NCBI GenBank assembly: GCA_963743255.1
Contig: CAVUPD010000009.1
Coordinates: forward strand, 310,862-374,861
Direction: 5' to 3'
Source: an uncultured Chloroflexia bacterium
GTDB lineage: Bacteria; Chloroflexota; Anaerolineae; Anaerolineales; E44-bin32
DNA: 64,000 nucleotides
Shown: one piece after another, positions 1 to 10,799 of the stretch
Layout: every line of letters starts with the position of its first letter
Numbering within the stretch: the stretch's first letter is position 1
Made by a program: the position numbers and the translations under genes
Notes under the pieces: generated by a model
Seen by the model: the letters and a program-made list of their open reading frames with translations, nothing else
Database searches by the model: none
What the model was told of the DNA's origin: nothing

Positions 1-39
1 GCGATACAGGTCGAGCAGCGGCGGAGGCGGAAGGGGCAT
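1..39 (-). CDS. 5' end of an unidentified gene that runs off the left edge
   Basis: ATG (minus) at 39..37 with GGAG about 7 nt upstream. Only 13 codons (MPLPPPPLLDLYR) are visible. Confidence 0.25.
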   Translation of the reverse strand, partial: MPLPPPPLLDLYR

Positions 40-544
40 TCGTGTGCTCCAGTGGGGCGAGCGGGATCGTAGGCTGTCAGCACTCAGCTCTCAGCCGTCA
101 GCGATCAGCATCTGGCCTTCAAGACTCCGTACACGGCATAAGAATGCATCAAGATCGGGCAAGATGCAATTCACGGAATAACCCCATCGCATGAGACGCT
201 TTCCGGACGCCGAGAGCTTCTAGCTGACCTCTGCATTTCCTGTGGTCAGGCTTGACTGTTCTATTCTACCTTATTTGACCTGTATACTCCAGTAAGACAC
301 AAACCGCCTGGGAGACCGGCTACCGAGGTAAGCGGGCAATGTCAAGAGCAGGGATCATGCCGGTTGCTTCGGGTCTGCCTGGGCAGGGTACTTCAAGGCG
401 GCGTGGCGGGTGCACAGCCAAGGCTCAAGATGGACAGCACCATCATCTGGGCCGGCTCATGACCTGCGCGTGCCGACCGGCGAATATGCGATAGTAGATG
501 TGGGCGGGAAAGCCGCCATTTCTCACAACCCAAGGGGGTGCAGC

Positions 545-2213
545 ATGAGAGCGAAGCGCACGAAATCCGGCCTGACTGTCCACGCCGTCGCCGGCACGCA
601 CGTCGTCCTGCTCGGCCTCGATCTCTCGTCAGCCCGGCGCAAGGGGTGCCTGGGCTTTGCCATCCAGCGCCAAGACCACACCGAGGATGAGACCTTCTGG
701 CTGCGCGGCATGAAGACCTTCGAGGCGACCGATCCCGGGCTCGGGCCGGGCGGGACGGCCTCCAGCCGCGAGCACCCCTTTCAGACCTTCCAGTGGGCCG
801 ACTACTCGGCCAAGCCCGGCCACGACTACACCTACACCGTCATGCCGCTGCGGGGCAAGCCCGAGGCGTTGACCGAGGGTGCGCCGGTGAGCGTGCGCCT
901 GCAGACCGAAGCCGAGGCCGGCGCCCGACACTCGGTCTGGTTCAACCGCGGCTCGATTGCCTCGCAGGAGTACGCGCGCCGGTTCCTCAATAAGCCCCCC
1001 AACGAGATCCCGGACGGCGCCGCCTATACCTGGCTGTCGCGCGGGCTGCTGGAAGCGCTGCTGGCTTTCATCGCCCGCGCCGACGGGCCGCGCTACCGCC
1101 TGGTGGGCGCCATCTACGAGTTCCAGTGGCCGGCTGTGCTGCACGCCATCCGCCTGGCTGCGCAAACGGGAGCAAGTGTCCGCATCGTCTATGACGCCAT
1201 CACGGACGGCAACGGACCGGCGGAGAGAGAACCTGGCGGCAGTGCGCGACGCCGAGATCAAGGGACTCACCAAGGGCCGCACCGAGGGCAAGTTGATGCA
1301 CAACAAGTTCTTGATCCTGGTGAAGGACGGGAACCCCCAGGCGGTGTGGACCGGTTCGACCAACGTCACCGAGAACGGGCTGTTCGGCCATTCGAACCTG
1401 GGCCAGGTGGTCGAGGATCCACGCGTGGCCCAGGCCTACCTCGCCTACTGGCAGGCGCTCGAGGACGACCCGACGACGCCGGAACTCAAGGATTGGACCG
1501 GCACCGACAACGCCGCCCCACCCAGCCCGTGGGTCGAAGACCAGACGGTGGTCTTCTCGCCCCGGCGCGGGACGGCCGTGCTGGACTGGTACGCCGAGAT
1601 CGCCCGCGGTGCGCGCAAGGCGCTATTCATGACCTTCGCCTTCGGCATGCACAAGAATTTCACCCAGGTCTACCAGCGTGACGACCGCGTGCTGCGCTTC
1701 GCCCTGATGGAGAAGGAAGGCAACGGCGCCGGGCTGGCGGAGGGCCGGCGACAGATCGACCGGCTGCGCCGCCGGCCGAACGTCGTCGTGGCCATCGGCA
1801 ACAACATCACGCTCAACAGCTTCGACCGCTGGCTCAAGGAACGCTCCAAGCTCTCGAATGAAGTCAACGTGCGCTTTGTCCACACCAAGTACATGCTCGT
1901 CGACCCGCTCGGGGCACACCCCGTCGTCGTCACCGGCTCAGCCAATTTCAGCCAGGCGAGCACCGACACCAACGACGAGAACATGATCGTGATCCGCGAC
2001 GACCCGCGGGTGGCCGACATCTACATGGGGGAGTTCATGCGCCTATTCTCGCACTACGCCTTCCGCGAGGCGGTAAAGATCGCCCAGGCCAGCGGCGAGG
2101 ATCCCGAGGTCTGGCGCCCAAACTTTCTGGCCCCCACCGACGCCTGGCAGAAAGACTACTACCGGGACGGGAGCGCCAGGTTCCTCCGGCGCAGGTACTT
2201 CGCCGGGAAGTGA
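545..2213 (+). CDS. Phospholipase D superfamily protein (two HKD motifs) with an extra N-terminal domain; one apparent frameshift
   Basis: HNKFLILV..GSTNVTENG and HTKYMLVD..GSANFSQAS motifs in ORF 957..2213. The N-terminal ~220 aa continue from ORF 410..1681 (MRAKRTKSG start at 545 after AAGGGGG). The frames join near 1215-1230. Confidence 0.85.
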
Positions 2214-2452
2214 CTGCTGGCGCACCCGACGAGCGGTGTCGTCCGTTCTTCCCGCCCCCGATCACCTGATGTGGCACTCGCCCTCCGGCCGACTCGGACA
2301 GCCAACCTAACGCTGATCCCCGGAGCCCCCACATCATGAGACTCGCTCTGGGTTTCTGGATTCCCCCTCCCTGCCCGGGCTCCAGAGTTTACAATCTCCA
2401 GACGGGCACCGGATGTCCGTTGTCCCATTGCTGCCCTCCATGGAGTGCTTGC

Positions 2453-4344
2453 ATGCCCAAGCCCACGACCTGCTTTGCTATCGTCGCCTTATCCGCTGGA
2501 TTACTCTTGGCTGCCTGTGGGGGTTCGACGACTCCACCGTCCGCGCCGCCTCGGGCCAGCCAACCCCCGCCGCTCCCACCACCGAAGGCACGTGGTCGAA
2601 GCCTCACCGGCCGTCCCGACCCCGACCGACGCTCCGGCCGCCACACTAACGGCGCACCCCCACGCCCATCGCGACCCCCGAGCCGATCACGATTGACATC
2701 GCCGATCGCTTGCAGGTCATCCGGGAAAGCTACAGCCCCGAGCCCAACATGAAGACCTTCGTCCTGAAGATCAGCCCGGACGGACGAACAGCGGCCGTCG
2801 GAGGCTGTGAGCCGGAGGAAGACGGAAACTGCTACACGCGCACGGTCCTGCGCTTGATCGACATCGACACGGGCGCGACGCTCTTCAACCTCGAGCCGCT
2901 GGCGCCGGTGATCGACCTGCTGGTCTTCAGCCCGGATGGATCCGAGTTGGCGATCGCCGCCTGCGACCTGCCGCTGTACCTCGTTGGCGAATCGGACACT
3001 ATCTGCGATGGCCGGCGACTGTGGACGGTCGACACCGCCACCGGCGAGATGCTGCACAGGTTCGGGGAGTTCCACTCCCGGATCACCAGCCTGGTCTGGA
3101 GCCCGGACGGCACGCGCCTGTACAGCGGCGTCGAGTTCTACAAGAAGTTCGACTTCGTCGACAACGAGATCTCTGTCTTCGATACGGCGACCGGCATGCG
3201 CCTGGGGATCATCGAGCCGGAGGTCGGCAACTGCTCCGAGCAGTGGATCGATGTGTCGCCCGACGGACGATACCTGCTGCTCGATCTGGCCGCCGACTGC
3301 GCGTACCCATCGTTCGTCCAGTGGTGGGATGTGACCGACGCGAGCCGTCCACGCTCCATCCACCAGGAGGTGCCGGCGCGCTACCACCGCCTGAGCCCCG
3401 ATGGTACTCGTGTGCTCACGGTCAACACCATCGACAACACGCTGCGGCTGTTCAACATCGAGACGGGCGAGGCGGTCGCCGGGTTCCCGGCCGTCGCCCG
3501 CCAGTTCTACCTCACCCGGGTCGTGTATATGGACTCCGGCCGCCTGTGGCTGGAAATCGACGGACACCCGCAGTTCCTTGATTTGTCGAACGGCGAGATC
3601 CAGCCGGCGCCCGAGCCGGCGGAAACCAAAACGAACCGGTTCGTGTTCGCCCCCGACGGTCGGACGATCTTGAGCTACGGGTACATCGACTCGGACGGCG
3701 CGGTTACTTCGTCTCTGAGTTTGTGGGACATGGCGACCTGGCAGGAGGTCCCAGTCGCCGCCTACTCAACGCACGACCCGTTCGGCCTTGGCGGGGATCC
3801 GATCTTCAGCCAGGACCAGACGCGGCTGGTCCAGGTTCAGAGCGCTGGCGTGGGCTTCGTAGTGTGGGGGTCACGCCCGCCCGGTCAGGCCGAGGCCCTT
3901 AGCGCCTTGCAGGACTACCTCGGAATGCTGGCCGAAGGTAAGTATGCGGAGGCTGCCAGCCGATTGGTCCTGGAGGAATCGCCGGCCTGGAACACGATGG
4001 CCCTGGATCAGGCCTCGGTGACCATGCTCGTGCCCGAAGCGGATCTAGCGGACCCCGCCGCACTGCTCGAGCTGCTGTGCACCGATCCGGAGTACCCCTG
4101 CGCGCCGCTGCGCGACGTGACCCTCCAGGCGCAGGTGGATGAGGATACCTACCTGTTCGTCGTCACGTTCGAGGGTCCCGATGGGCAGGTTGCCGCGTGG
4201 CCGCTGTGCGCCGGTGTGCCGTTGTCGAGGTCCTGTTATCGAAGGGATGCCATGTTCGAGTATTACGTTCGCCGGCAGCCGGACGGAGGCTACAAGATCA
4301 TCGGCGGGCTGCCGCCGGCGATCGATCTACGGACGATGGAGTGA
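2453..4344 (+). CDS. Lipoprotein with beta-propeller (PD40/WD40-like SPDG) repeats; about 2 frameshifts in the Pro/Thr-rich linker
   Basis: Signal peptide plus lipobox MPKPTTCFAIVALSAGLLLAACGG at 2453. Recurrent (S/A)PDG(R/T/S) blades in ORF 2710..4344. The linker region changes frame twice between 2560 and 2660. Confidence 0.75.
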
Positions 4345-4420
4345 GGGGGTTGGGGCGCGAGGAGAAGCGATCAGCTATCAGCTGTCAGCAGCTGGTAATT
4401 GGCAATCTAGCCGCTAGTTG

Positions 4421-6455
4421 CTAGTCGCTGGTCGCTGGTTTGGCCACCGGCAGACGATCCGCCACGATCTCTGCCACGTCGCGGACGGCGATCGTCCCGC
4501 CGGCGGTACTTGGCCGCATCGGTCAGCATGATCATGCAGAAGGGGCAGCCGTCGGCCAACGTCGAGGCGCCGGCGGCGGCCGCTTCGCGCAGCCGCTCGT
4601 CGCTCACCCGTCCGGCGCCCTGCTCCTCTTCCTTCCACATCTGCGCCCCGCCGGCGCCGCAGCAGAACGATTGGGCGCCATGGCGCGGGAGCTCGGCGGC
4701 CGGCGCGCCGGCCTGCTCCAGCGCCTGGCGCGGGGCTTCGAACACGCCGTTCTGCCGTCCGAGGTAGCACGGGTCGTGGAAGGCCACGCCGGACAGCTCT
4801 TCCGCCGACGCCGCCTTCAGCCGGCCGCTGGCGTACAGATCCTGGATCAACTGCGTGTGGTGAATGACCTCAAACGTGCCGCCGAAGGCGGGGTACTCGT
4901 TCTTCAGCGTGTGCAGACAGTGCGGGCAGGTGGTGACGATGCGGCGCGGGGCGACGCGGTTGAGCGTCTCGACGTTCGCCGCCGCCAGCTCGGCAAACAG
5001 GTACTCGTTGCCCGGACCGACGGGCCGAGTCGCCGGTGCATTTCTCCTCGGCGCCCAGCACGGCGTACTCCACGCCTGCCGCCTGCAGCACCGTGCGAAG
5101 GCCTGCGCCGTCTTCTGCGCGCGCGGGTCGGTGGCCGGCGCGCAGCCCACCCACCACAGCAGCTCCGGGTGCGGCTGCTCGGCGACGGTCGGCACCTTCA
5201 GCCCGGCCGCCCACTCGAGGCGCTTCGTCCGCCGCGATCCTCCACGGGTTGGCGGTGCGCTCCATGCCGCGGTAGGCGGTCTGCAGCTGCTCGGGAAAGG
5301 CGTTCTCCATCAGCACCAGATGGCGGCGGATGTCGAGGATGTCGCGCATCGGCTCGTTGCCCACCGGGCAGATGTCGATGCACGCCCCGCACGCGGTGCA
5401 GGCCCACACGGCCTCGGCGGGGATGGCGAAGTCGATCAGCGTCTGGCTGGACGGCCTCGCCGGCGGCCAGGCGCGTGCCCTCCTGGTTCAGGAAGTAGCG
5501 CTTGTTGATCTCGAGCGCCGCCGGCGAGAGGACCTTGCCCGTCTGGTACGCCGGGCAGGCATCCTGGCAGCGGTTGCACATGATGCACGCGTAGGCGTCC
5601 ATCAGCCCCGTCCACGCCAGGTCCTCCAGCCGCGCCGCGCCGAACTGACTCGACGCTCTGGTCGTCGAAGTCGAGTCGATCGAGCTGGCCGATCGACGGG
5701 CGCTCGGGCTTGAGCAGGAAGTTCAGCGGGGCGAAGAACAGGTGCAGGTGCTTCGAGTACGGGAAGTAGGGGACGAAGGCCAGGATCAATCCCAGCGCCA
5801 GCCACCAGGCGACGTGCTCGCCGATCAGCAGCGCCCGCGGCGGCAAGCCGACCCACACGCCGGCCAGCGTCGAGGCGAACGGCTGCCAACGATCCGCGCC
5901 GTGCTGCGCCAGCGCCAGACTCTGCCCGATCAGGCGCGCGCCGACATGCAGCAGGATGAAGCCGCCCACGATGGCCGAATCGCGTTGGATCCCGGAGCGC
6001 GCCTTCGGGTGGAGGAGCGTAGCCTCGCGCGTCTTCAGCTCCGGCGTGCGCAGCACGAAGCGGCGCGCAATCAGCGCCAGCATGCCGAGCAGCACGCAAG
6101 CGCTGAGCAGGTCGGCGCCGTAGCGGTAGGCATCGCCCAGCGGGCCGGTCCCCAGGAAGGTGAACTCGGACAGGTACGCATGCAGGACGTCGCCCAGGTT
6201 GACGAGCAGGTAGTAGATGAAACCCCAGGCCACGAGGGCGTGGAACAGACTGGGAAGCGGCCGGGCACGAAAGACCGGTGAGAGCGAAACGGTCTTGGCC
6301 AACACGGCCGGCAGTCGGCGCGGGATGGCGCGCCAGTCCGGCCGGCCATGCCCGCGGCCCAGGATGGCGATCAGCCGCCGAGTGGCTTGAAGGGCAAGGA
6401 TCAGGGTAACGAGGAGGGCGAGAAGGAAGGCAATCTTCTCGGGCAAGGAGAGCAT
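4421..6455 (-). CDS. Membrane-anchored Fe-S oxidoreductase (N-terminal multi-TM domain, 2x4Fe-4S ferredoxin motifs, two CCG cysteine-rich domains; HdrD/GlpC-like); at least 6 frameshifts
   Basis: MLSLPEKIAF.. TM domain (ORF 5436..6530). CIMCNRCQDACP and CTACGACIDICP motifs. TTCPHCLHTL, HDPCYLGR, FCCGAGG, CPFCMIML (CCG domains) lie in ORFs 4870..5409 and 4407..5195. The C-terminal tail ..IAVRDVAEIVADRLPVAKPATSD is in the third frame. Confidence 0.8.
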
Positions 6456-6617
6456 GCAGGGACCCCGGTCAGCGCGATCTCCCCCGCGCAGGCAGTGCGG
6501 CGTCCGGGCCTTCCCCGTGCCCGAGCGCACGGGCGAAGTCTACCATACGGGTCGGCGGTGCCAACCGCCCGAAACGGACGAAGGCGCCGGGAGCGCCTTC
6601 GTTCAGCACCTCTGGGC

Positions 6618-6974
6618 TCAACAGGTTACGCGGCCGCGCGCCGCCAGACCGGTTTCCTCGGGCACGCCGAGGTGTGATCGGACCTCATGCAGACAGCGGC
6701 CGTAGCGCTTGAGCAGGTCGGCATCGGGGGCCTTGTAGCGGTGGAGCACCTGCTGTGCGCAGGCAACACAGCCGCGCATCGCACGGAATGAGTTGGTCTC
6801 GCACGACAGGCAGCCGTCCAGACGAATCATCAGCAGGGAGAAGGCCAGGCTCTCGGGGTGGTCCTCCGGCAGCGAGGCCACATGGTCGACCAGGTCGCTC
6901 CAGATCGGCCCGCGCTCGTTCCTCAGAGGAGAGATGGCATGCGGCGGGAACAGCAGCTCATTGTCGGCATACAC
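6618..6974 (-). CDS. Hypothetical small Cys-rich protein
   Basis: Intact 118-aa ORF with CLSCETNSFRAMRGCVACAQ. It is co-directional with, and 160 nt upstream of, the Fe-S oxidoreductase. I do not recognise a family. Confidence 0.5.
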   Translation of the reverse strand: MYADNELLFPPHAISPLRNERGPIWSDLVDHVASLPEDHPESLAFSLLMIRLDGCLSCETNSFRAMRGCVACAQQVLHRYKAPDADLLKRYGRCLHEVRSHLGVPEETGLAARGRVTC

Positions 6975-7274
6975 GCGGGCACACTCCTCGACCTGGCACG
7001 CATCCCTGCCCGATTTGGCCCCATTGTAGGAGTCAGCCGCGCCCGGTCACGACGGTACTTTGGTACCACGGGGCGCCGGCATCTTTTCCTCTCCCACCAG
7101 ATGTAAGGGAAGGGCGCCTCTCGCGCGCGCTTGGCGCTACAGGTGGGGGCACTCAGCGATCAACAATGATCGATTGGCGATGAGCGATTAGCAGCTAGCT
7201 GCTAGTCCTCAATTGCCCGGTGCGACTCGCTCCGGGTCGTTAGCTGGCTGCTCACCCACGTCTGCGGCCAGAAC

Positions 7275-8760
7275 TCACCTGAGCACGTCCCGGACGCCGG
7301 CCAGCATCTGCGCCAGCTCGGCGCGGGACACGGCCGCCTCGGGACAGAACAGGAGTGCCGGAGTGGTCTGGCACGGCAGCAGCAACCCGGCATGCAGGAC
7401 CGCAAAGGCTTCCCTGGCCTCGGGTTCGGACGTGACATCGGCCGCTGATGCGGTAGCGGCAGGCGAGAACAGCCCAGGTGCCAATGAGACGGCGAGGTGT
7501 GCGGCCTCGCGGCACGTCATTGACACTCTCCGGACAGAAGCGCAGGGGCGCGTCGCCGCAGGCGCTGAGCCAGCCTCGCGACCATGCGCTGGCGGCCGAG
7601 GCGGCATCCCACCGATCGGAGGGCAGGTCGGCAAAGGTCGGCGCCGGCCCGGCGGCCGGTTCATCGTTGCCCGCCAGGCGCGCCGCCATCACCGCCGCCT
7701 CCGCTCGCGTCGCCGCGTCCCACGGACAGAAGCGCCGCGGGGAAGCACCGCAGCCGGTCAGGATGCCCTCGGTCTGGAGCGACTCGATGGCTGCCGAGGC
7801 CGGATGCTGGAACGGCACATCGATGTAGGACGGGCACAAGCCGCGCGTAGGGTCCGTCAGGTGAAACCCATACGCGGCATCGACGTAAGTGAGCACGGCC
7901 GCCGCCAGGCCGCGGACCAGATTGGCCCGCGCCGCCGGTCGCAGGAGGTCGTAGGCTACTTCGAGCTGGACGGCATCGATCCAACCCCCGTAGAGCGACC
8001 CGTGACGGAAGATGGTGTAGCCGCCGTTGAAATAGGGATCGCCGTCCGGCAGGGGTTGCTCGGGCGAAGGTTCGGCCGCAAAACCGAGGCTGGTCATCAA
8101 ACCGCCCAGGCTGAGCGGGCCGCGCACCAGGTCCGCATGCTCAATGGGACCGAGCATCGCGAGCTGGCGCAATGTCGAGCGTCGCACGAAGGAGGCGCGG
8201 TTGAGATGCTCGTCGTCCTGGCTCAGATCGTCCGCCGTCAGCCCGTAGCCGAATTCGATCCGGTACCCCTGGCGACCGTTGGTGTGCAGGTCGAGCAGCA
8301 CGCCGCGACCGCACTGGTCGATGACCGCCTGCTTGGCCGCCAGGAGGAACCCGTGGTACTCCTCCCAGGCGCGGGCCGCCAGCGGATCGCCTCGGGCGCC
8401 TTCCAGTCGGCTGCGGTTGGCGTCCATTTTCGAGCGGTGGAGCAGGTTGACGATCAGGTGAACCGGGCGGCCGGTGAGGCGTTCGAGTTCCGCGGAGAGC
8501 TCCGCCCCCAGTTCATCGGCGAAGGGATCATTGTCGACCACGGCTTCCGGGCGATCCGGAATCGACTCGGGGCGCAAAGGGCCCGAATGAGGCAGGCTGA
8601 GGATGATCGGCAGATCGCCGACGTGGTACTCGACATACCCGGCCTGACCGGCGACGATCTCGCCCGGCGCGTAGCCGCCGCCATGGACCTCATCCAGAGG
8701 GATGACGGTCAGGGCGGCCAGCAGGGCCAGCAGCAGGGCGGGAAGTCCAACCACCTTCAT
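7275..8760 (-). CDS. Secreted N-formylglutamate amidohydrolase-family domain protein with C-terminal SLH-like repeats; one frameshift
   Basis: Signal peptide MKVVGLPALLLALLAAL. LSLPHSG, MDANR and LLDLHTNG resemble FGase-family motifs. Repeated FCP(W/E)..TRAE..A SLH-like segments. The C-terminal end continues in ORF 7275..7664. Confidence 0.7.
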
Positions 8761-8955
8761 CTGTCGGTCATTCCGATCAAGCGCTCCGTGCCGCCTCCAT
8801 GTTGCACAGGATGTGCCACGCCGCGGACGCTCCGTTTAAGGGGTTGGGCGCGTCCCGGAATGCGGCCACCAGCCCGCGTTCTGAGCATGTGCGGGCTGTT
8901 GAGGTCGATCAGGCGAGGGATAGCATCATGAGACCCGGGCACCTTCCTATCCCTG

Positions 8956-9365
8956 GTAGGGGCGAAGCATGCCGGGGCAGGGTCGTTCACAGGTTCGTGC
9001 GGGCATGCTTCGCCCCTACGTCGTCCGGGGAAGGTCTTCGGGCCGCGACGAGGTGTTTCGGTTGCACGGACGTGGGCCGGCAACGGATTGTAGGGGCACG
9101 GCATGCCGTGCCCCTACCGGTTTCGGGCCAGGCGCGATTTCGGGCGGCCGCGGTTTCGTCGGAGCCCGGTAGGGGCGAAGCATGCTGAGCGCCGAGCTGT
9201 CTGCAATCGCAACGCGGGCATGCTTCGCCCCTGCGGCATCCGGGTGAAGGCTTCAGGCCGCGACGAGGTGTTTCGGTTCCGACGACGTGGCGCCGCACGG
9301 GAAAAGGGTGATCTCGCGCGGGCGCGAATTCGTCCGGTTCCGGTAGGGGCGGGCTATCATGCCCG
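8956..9365. repeat. Cluster of REP-like GC-rich hairpins (GTAGGGGC family)
   Basis: GTAGGGGCGAAGCATGCC..GGCATGCTTCGCCCCTAC at 8956..9019 and 9169..9233. A perfect 28-bp palindrome GTAGGGGCACGGCATGCCGTGCCCCTAC at 9090..9117. A partial copy near 9335..9365. Confidence 0.85.
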
Positions 9366-9419
9366 GCGCGGTTGTTCGGTTTCGAGGACGTGGACGATGG
9401 AATGCGACGGATGAGGGGG

Positions 9420-10614
9420 TCAGGCGCCGCCGTCGCCGTAGGTCTTCGGATCCGTCGGCGTCTGGCCGGAGGGATCGAACACGTGGACGTACGTGCCCTC
9501 CTCCGCCCAATTGAACAACCAGTGGGCATCGGTGGGCGACAGGTTCACGCAGCCGTGCGAACCGGGGTAACCGTAGCTGGTGCGCCAATAGGCGCCGTGT
9601 AGGGCGCGCGCCTTATCGTAGTACATCACCCACGGGACATCCTGCAGAAGGTAGTAGTCCGAGCGGTCGGCTTCGAACGATCCGGACATATCGTCGCGCT
9701 CAAGCCTGGCATACACCTGGAAGGTGCCCGGCTGCGTCCACCACCCGGGCAATCCGGTCGTCACCAGCGTGGCGAAAACCAGCCTTCCCTGTTCGTAGAC
9801 CGCCAGCGTCTGCTCGAACAGGTTGATCGAGATCCAGCGATCGGACTCGACGCCTTCGGGGCGCTCGGGGTCCGGTGTGACCGCGGCCACGTCCTTGGCC
9901 GCCACCCACGCCTCCGGACCGATCTTGGCCCAGGATAGATCCTCAGCCTCCGCCCATTCGAAGATCTGGACGACCTTGTCGCGAGTGCGCTGCCCCGTGA
10001 TCGGGGCAGCGGTCCCGGGGGCTGTCCGGACGTTGGTCGTCCCCAGGATCCAGGCAAACGGGCGGCTCGGCGTCCGGCTGAAGGCGAGGCCGTGGAAGCT
10101 CGGGAGTTCGCTCTGCTTGCAGTCCGATCCGCCGCGGATGTACCCGCCCGGCGTCAGGTACACGGCGGTGTCACGGATCACCTGGCAATCGCTCCACGAC
10201 ACCCACACCAGGCCTGCGTCGATCCCCCCCGATCCGCCAGCGCCTGCGACGGCATCCTCAGGGGAGGAATACAGGTGCGTGCCGTCGCGATCGAGCTGGC
10301 GGTAGCTGAATGGCAGAAACCCGAGATCGAGGTCGAGCCGCGGCAATCGGCAGCGGCCGGAGGGGGCTGAGACCCTGGCGAGCGAGCTCGGCGCGGACGC
10401 TGCTCGGCCCGGCGGCTGGACAGCGGCGCGCATCTCGCAGTTGGGTCTGGGGCGAGCATAGAAAGGAGGGCGCCTCGGCGCTGGCGGTGGATCCCTTCGG
10501 GAGCGCAGCAAGGCGCGGAGCGCGCGAAGGCATCGACGCTGCGGCCGGTGCCGAGGCCATGCCGGCCACCGCACCCAGGACAATCAACCATCGCACGATC
10601 GCTGACGCGCTCAT
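9420..10614 (-). CDS. L,D-transpeptidase (YkuD domain) with signal peptide; frameshift near 10330-10380
   Basis: HGAYW..YPGSHGCVNL catalytic motif at the C-terminus. N-terminal MSASAIVRWLIVLGAVAGMASA lies in ORF 10258..10785. Confidence 0.8.
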
Positions 10615-10799
10615 CAGACCCGGTCCCCAGACGGCCGATTGTAACAGACACAGCCTTCGGTCAGTCCGATGGCGGCTTCCTCCCGCGCCCCAAGCTCCGG
10701 CGGGACGCCAGACGCCCCGCGAGGTGCGAGGCGTCCGAAGGTGCCCGCAGATTCGCTCCGGCAGGGCGAAGGGCGAAACCGGCACCGTGGGCGGCCCTC

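Noticed and set aside
7213-8931. Long + strand ORF (572 aa) antisense to the FGase/SLH gene. Similar long antisense ORFs are at 17208..18947 (+), 26433..27695 (-), 31854..33194 (-), 51262..53079 (-), 61641..62882 (+) and 2389..3567 (-).
   Set aside because: These are Arg/Ala/Gly/Pro-rich, low-complexity translations typical of shadow ORFs in high-GC DNA. The opposite strand carries genes with clear family motifs in each case.
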